From Candidatus Terraquivivens tengchongensis (lineage in GTDB: Archaea; Thermoproteota; Nitrososphaeria_A; Caldarchaeales; Wolframiiraptoraceae), in contig JALNJZ010000004.1 of NCBI GenBank assembly GCA_023261845.1, positions 73,003 through 137,002 of the forward strand: a DNA stretch of 64,000 bases, written 5' to 3'. Numbering within the stretch: the stretch's first letter is position 1; every line of letters begins with the position of its first letter. Positions 59,330 to 64,000 of the stretch are shown one piece after another. A program made the position numbers and the translations under genes. Below the pieces are notes generated by a model. That model did no database searches. It was not told where the DNA came from and was given only the letters and a program-made list of their open reading frames with translations.

Positions 59330-59546
59330 TTATGTAAATATTATACCAACATGGCAAAAAGTAAGGTCAAGCGCACTTTTATAGAGATAAAGTTAGCTAA
59401 TCTAAGAATAATACAGCTTACTGTTTTGAACAATGAGTGTAAGTGGAATATCCATGAGCAACCTAACCTTTTTAATTTTTATTAAAGCTCGTGAAACATT
59501 CTCGCATTAAGATTTATAATTTCCCAAGATAAGAATAAGAAACGGA

Positions 59547-59667
59547 CCCGCGGTAGCTCAGCCTGGTAGAGCTTCCGGCTGTAGGGTCTGCCTTTGGCAG
59601 ACCTCCCCAGCCTACCGGGCGCACAGAAACCGGAGTGTCGCAGGTTCAAATCCTGCCCGCGGGACCA
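59547..59667 (+). tRNA. tRNA-Tyr(GTA) with 44-nt intron at 37/38 (59585-59628), CCA encoded
   Basis: CCCGCGG/CCGCGGG acceptor (C1:G72), TCCGG/CCGGA anticodon stem, GTA 59581-59583, BHB-like CTGT/ACAG helix with AGG and AAA bulges. Confidence 0.93.
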
Positions 59668-59800
59668 TCTTCAATTTTTTGCTTTCATGTAAAAAGTTCA
59701 TTCGAAAGCTATCGTTTGACAGTTTTGAAGCCTATAACGAATGCAAGGTAAAGAATAGATATATAATATTAATTTTAGGATTTTTCACGAAAGACACGCC

Positions 59801-62233
59801 ATGTCCGATATCTCGCATGTAAAATTAAACGTTGAACTGCAACGGAGAAGGTCTTATGTCAAACCTATGAATGCGAGGATTGCAAAGCTTAGGGATGAGA
59901 GCGTTAATGCCGAGGTCAAGGTTTCTGCTGAGAGGGCAAAACTGGTGACAGAGTTCTATAAGAGCGGAGTTGCTAAGGGAAAATCCATTCCAGTTCAACG
60001 TGCTTTGATGTTTAAGTACTTAATGGAACATGTTAGCATCCCAGTTGAGGATGGTCAGCTTATTGTTGGTATAAGGGGAACAGGACCAAAAGAAGTTCCA
60101 ACATATCCCGAAATATGTGTCCATACTATTAATGACCTGGAGACTCTAAGTTCGAGAAAAAATATGCCATACAAGGTTGATAAAGAGACCAAAGAACTTT
60201 ATGAGCTTGAGATTATCCCGTTCTGGAAAGGTGCATCGATGAGAGACATCATATTCGAGCATCTCCCGAATGAGTGGAAAGATGCGTATGAGAGTGGAAT
60301 ATGGACTGAATTCATGGAACAAAGAGCACCAGGACATACTGCTGGGGGAGACAGAATATTCAAGATGGGGATTCTGGATATAAAGAAAGAGATCGGAAAC
60401 AAGATTGAGGAGCTGAGTGTGAACGACCCAGAATATTTTGATAAATTGGAAGAGCTGAAAGCCATGGAAATTGTGGCGGACGCTATCGTGAGGTATGCGG
60501 AGCGATATGCTGAAAAGTTGGAAAAAATGGCAAAGGAGGAGGAAAACGAGCAAAGAAGAAAAGAACTGAGACAGATGGCGGAGATATGTCGCTGGGTTCC
60601 AGCCCATCCACCAAGAACGTTTTGGGAGGCCCTCCAGCACTATTGGTTCATTCATGTCGGCATAACTTATGAGACCAATCCATGGGATTCATTCACTCCG
60701 GGACGGTTAGACCAACATTTGTATCCGTTTTATGAGCGGGATATAAAAGAGGGCAGGCTAACGAGGGAGCGGGCAAAGGAACTCTTAGAGGCTTTTTGGG
60801 TAAAGTTCAACAACCAACCCGCAGTCCCTAAGGTCGGCGTGACGCTCGAGGAAAGCTTCACTTATAACGATTTCTCAAAGATCAACATAGGAGGTTTAAG
60901 AGAGGACGGAACGGATACTGTTAATGAGCTTTCATACTTGATTTTGGAAGTATTGGAGGAAATGCAAACGATGCAACCAAACACGGCAGTTTTGGTAAGT
61001 AACAAGAATCCGGACCACTTTCTTATGAGAGCTTTAGAGGTTGTATCCAGAGGATTTGGAGAACCCCCGCTCTTTAATTTTGATGGGGCAATAATTAAAA
61101 TGTTGAGACAAGGAAAAAGCTTAGAAGATGCACGTACATGTGGGATCAGTGGTTGTGTAGAGACGGGAGTATTCGGAAAGGAAGCGTATATTTTAACCGG
61201 ATATTTGAACCTTCCAAAGATATTGGAGGTTACGTTAAACAACGGCATAGATCCAAGAACGGGCAAGAAAGTTGGATTAGAAACTGGTGATCCGAAAAAA
61301 TTCAAAACATTTGACGAACTAATTGAGGCTTTTGTGAAGCAGTTAAGGTATTTTATTTCCATCAAATGTATGGGAAATGATATCATAGAGGTGCTTTATG
61401 CTAAGTATCTTCCAGTACCGTTCTTGTCGCTTTGGATCGAAGATTGCTTAAAAAATGCAAAGGATTACAATGCCGGTGGGGCAAGGTACAACACCAGTTA
61501 CATTCAAATGGTTGGGTTGGGAACGCTCACGGATTCTTTAGTATCTTTAAAGTACAACGTATTCGAAAGAAAACTTTTCACAATGGATGAAGTTCTTATC
61601 GCTTTAAGTAAAAATTATGGGGGGTATGAAAATATGAGACAGATATTCCTCAACAAGACGCCGAAATATGGAAACGATGACGATTATGCCGATGAAATTG
61701 CAAGAAGGATAGTGGACATTCTTGTAGAAATCGTAGAAGGGATTCCTCCGACACCAGTAAGGAAAGCCTCACGTAGGGTTTACTTTCTTCCAACAACTGC
61801 GCACATATACTTTGGAAAAGTAACTGGTGCAACACCTGATGGAAGAAGAGCTGGTGAACCACTTTCTGAAGGTGTATCACCTGTACAAGGAATGGATAGA
61901 AGAGGCATAGTAGCGGTTTTTAGGTCTGTAGCGAAAATTGATTGGGATAAAACGGGAGGGGCGTTACTTAACCAAAAACTTACCCCAGACCTGCTACTTG
62001 ATGTGGAAAACATCAAGAAGATGGCACAACTCATAAGAACGTTTTTTGTGTTGGGAGGTCACCATGTGCAATTTAACGTTGTTAGTGCAGAATTGCTAAG
62101 AGAGGCGCAAAAGCGCCCTCAAGACTTCCAAGATCTGATGGTCAGGGTCGCAGGCTATAGCGACTACTTTGTAAATCTCCCGAGAGGTCTTCAAGAAGAG
62201 ATAATAGCGAGAACAGAACATAAAGCACTATAA
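59801..62233 (+). CDS. hypD: Glycyl radical enzyme, trans-4-hydroxy-L-proline dehydratase-like (likely start 59867)
   Basis: EFMEQRAPGHT, WDSFTPGRLDQ, PKVGVTLEESFTYNDF, SGCVE, YILTGY, LPTTAH.YFG, RVAGYS. Confidence 0.8.
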   Translation: MSDISHVKLNVELQRRRSYVKPMNARIAKLRDESVNAEVKVSAERAKLVTEFYKSGVAKGKSIPVQRALMFKYLMEHVSIPVEDGQLIVGIRGTGPKEVPTYPEICVHTINDLETLSSRKNMPYKVDKETKELYELEIIPFWKGASMRDIIFEHLPNEWKDAYESGIWTEFMEQRAPGHTAGGDRIFKMGILDIKKEIGNKIEELSVNDPEYFDKLEELKAMEIVADAIVRYAERYAEKLEKMAKEEENEQRRKELRQMAEICRWVPAHPPRTFWEALQHYWFIHVGITYETNPWDSFTPGRLDQHLYPFYERDIKEGRLTRERAKELLEAFWVKFNNQPAVPKVGVTLEESFTYNDFSKINIGGLREDGTDTVNELSYLILEVLEEMQTMQPNTAVLVSNKNPDHFLMRALEVVSRGFGEPPLFNFDGAIIKMLRQGKSLEDARTCGISGCVETGVFGKEAYILTGYLNLPKILEVTLNNGIDPRTGKKVGLETGDPKKFKTFDELIEAFVKQLRYFISIKCMGNDIIEVLYAKYLPVPFLSLWIEDCLKNAKDYNAGGARYNTSYIQMVGLGTLTDSLVSLKYNVFERKLFTMDEVLIALSKNYGGYENMRQIFLNKTPKYGNDDDYADEIARRIVDILVEIVEGIPPTPVRKASRRVYFLPTTAHIYFGKVTGATPDGRRAGEPLSEGVSPVQGMDRRGIVAVFRSVAKIDWDKTGGALLNQKLTPDLLLDVENIKKMAQLIRTFFVLGGHHVQFNVVSAELLREAQKRPQDFQDLMVRVAGYSDYFVNLPRGLQEEIIARTEHKAL

Positions 62234-62244
62234 GACGGGTAGAA

Positions 62245-63201
62245 ATGTCGGTCATTCTACACTCTAAAAAATGCACTGAAATATCAAATCACTCAGTTAA
62301 AGGAATCATATTTGATATAGAAAGGTATGCAATCCACGACGGTCCTGGCATTAGAACGACCGTTTTCATGAAGGGTTGTCCGCTTAAATGTTGGTGGTGC
62401 CACAATCCAGAAGGAATAGAGCTCTCCAAGAACCTGATGTATTTTGAGTATAAATGCATCAATTGCAAAATGTGTGTAAAAGTATGCCCGACAAATGCCA
62501 TATCTTTTGATGGTGAGAAAAAGACAATCGATAGAGTGCTTTGTTCAAGATGCGGCATATGTGCTGAATACTGTCCTACGGGCGCTCTTAGGATTGTCGG
62601 GTATGAGGTTACTGTATATGAACTGGTTAGAGAAATTAAGAAAGATGTCCTCCTATATGACCGCTCTGGGGGTGGAGTTACTTTTTCAGGCGGGGAGCCA
62701 CTCTTTCAACCGTTATTCTTAAAAGAAGTTCTAAAAGAATGCAAAAAGGCAGGCATACATGTAGCACTAGACACTACGGGATACGCTCCACCAGAAATAT
62801 TTGAATTATTTATAGATGATGTTGATTTATTTTTATATGATATAAAATTACTGGACGACAAAGAGCACAAAAAATATACAGGCGTTTCAAATGAATTTAT
62901 AAAGAAAAATTTAGCTATTCTTATAGAGAGGGGCAGAGGGAATTCTGTAATCTTACGGTTCCCAGCGATCCCTGAAATAACAGATACGGAAAAGAATCTA
63001 AACGAACTTTTACTCTTTATCTCGAAATTAAAAGGGGTAAACGAGGTTGACGTACTGCCCTTTCATGACGTAAGCGAAAAGTATGACAGACTTGGCATGG
63101 AATATAAGATGAGGGGGCATAAAGCTCCATCAAAAGAAAGACTAAAATACATAAAGGAAAAGCTCGAAGGGGTCGGATTTTACGTCAAAATTGGAGGTTA
63201 A
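62245..63201 (+). CDS. Glycyl-radical enzyme activating protein (radical SAM with 2x[4Fe-4S] insert)
   Basis: HDGPGIRTTVFMKGCPLKCWWCHNPE, two CxxCxxCxxxCP, GGVTFSGGEP. Confidence 0.95.
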   Translation: MSVILHSKKCTEISNHSVKGIIFDIERYAIHDGPGIRTTVFMKGCPLKCWWCHNPEGIELSKNLMYFEYKCINCKMCVKVCPTNAISFDGEKKTIDRVLCSRCGICAEYCPTGALRIVGYEVTVYELVREIKKDVLLYDRSGGGVTFSGGEPLFQPLFLKEVLKECKKAGIHVALDTTGYAPPEIFELFIDDVDLFLYDIKLLDDKEHKKYTGVSNEFIKKNLAILIERGRGNSVILRFPAIPEITDTEKNLNELLLFISKLKGVNEVDVLPFHDVSEKYDRLGMEYKMRGHKAPSKERLKYIKEKLEGVGFYVKIGG

Positions 63202-63354
63202 AAGATTCTCAAACGTTGACATGTTTAGGGTTTTTAGTCCTTATTTGATGTCTTCTGCGAGGTTAGGGGAGCTTTTTTTATAAAAATTTCCGAAAGTCTT
63301 ATTTACCTAATTGATCTTAACCATACACCTTGTGATGTAAAAATGTTGCCAGGT

Positions 63355-64000
63355 ATGAAGATGATGATATTCCCGAGAAGGTTCGTCATGGGACCTGGTG
63401 CTATGAAGATTGCCGGAAAGCTCACGAAGATATACGTAAAAAAACCGTTAGTCGTGGGTGGCAAAAGGGCCCTTGAGGCATGCAGGAAGGTAGGGTTCCA
63501 AGCAGGTCTGGAAAAGGAAGGCATCAAATTCGTTGAAGTTGTATTCGGTGAAAACGTTCCATACGGTCCAGAGTGCTGTGAACCAGAAGTAGAGAGGTTG
63601 ACGAAGATAGGAAGGGAAAACGGCTGCGACGGAGTAATCGCAGTAGGAGGCGGCAAGTGTCTAGATACTGGTAAGATCGTCGCAGACAGGCTTGGCGGTG
63701 AAACGATAATAGTACCAACTATAGCCGCTACCGATGCGCCCACTAGTGCACTATCTGTTGTATATACTCCAGACCATATATTTAAGGAAGTGTTGTTCTT
63801 CAACCTCAACCCAGCCCTTGTCCTAGTAGACTCCAAGGTAATCTCAGAATCACCAGCAAGGTGGTTAGCTTCTGGTATGGGTGACGCCGCATCAAAGAAG
63901 TTCGAAGGAAGAGCATGCTATAGAACTGGTGCTAAGAACTTGGCCATAAAGCCAGAGTGGCTTGGTGCAGGTCCAGACCTAGCATTCCTGATCTGCGAGA
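63355..64000 (+). CDS. gldA: Glycerol dehydrogenase (GldA family), partial at window edge
   Basis: Open frame not in the ORF track: GGGKCLDTGK, VPTIAATDAPTSALSVVYT, NPALVLVD, ASGMGDA. Confidence 0.85.
   Translation, partial: MKMMIFPRRFVMGPGAMKIAGKLTKIYVKKPLVVGGKRALEACRKVGFQAGLEKEGIKFVEVVFGENVPYGPECCEPEVERLTKIGRENGCDGVIAVGGGKCLDTGKIVADRLGGETIIVPTIAATDAPTSALSVVYTPDHIFKEVLFFNLNPALVLVDSKVISESPARWLASGMGDAASKKFEGRACYRTGAKNLAIKPEWLGAGPDLAFLICE

Noticed and set aside
59801-62233. Choline TMA-lyase (CutC) feeding the methylamine methyltransferase, or pyruvate formate-lyase
   Set aside because: Motifs match HypD (SGCVE, ES.TY.DF); the adjacent Cys-Cys of PFL is absent and no CutC-specific context was recognised

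Overview
64 kb of a thermophilic TACK-type archaeal chromosome. The gene set and order (trpS-map-DUF1512, gins23-mcm-hel308, tungsten AOR, three KaiC-like loci) suggest an Aigarchaeota/Caldarchaeales-like lineage, but that placement is inference. About 1-27 kb is mostly housekeeping and metabolic genes. 27.5-35 kb is a decaying CRISPR-Cas island: type I-A csa5-cas7-cas5, a cas3 stump fused tail-to-tail with a truncated VIT1/ferritin gene, IS6 relics, an intact-looking Csx1 (CARF-HEPN), a frameshifted wHTH-CARF gene, two solitary repeat-like 24-25-mers and no array. 38.5-47.7 kb is an accessory region with single-lesion pseudogenes, a segment bounded by a duplicated thiN 3' end, and tRNA-Leu(GAG). 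49-64 kb is an anaerobic catabolic region. It holds a RACo activator, a corrinoid protein, a pyrrolysine-free MtmB homolog (His at the Pyl position) and an MtaB homolog, with no methyl-acceptor (MT2) enzyme. It also holds a BMP-type ABC transporter, an intron-containing tRNA-Tyr, a HypD-like glycyl radical enzyme with its activase, and a partial glycerol dehydrogenase. The best candidate for an undescribed system is the MtmB(His)-MtaB-corrinoid-RACo cassette. All family calls come from recalled motifs; no database searches were run.
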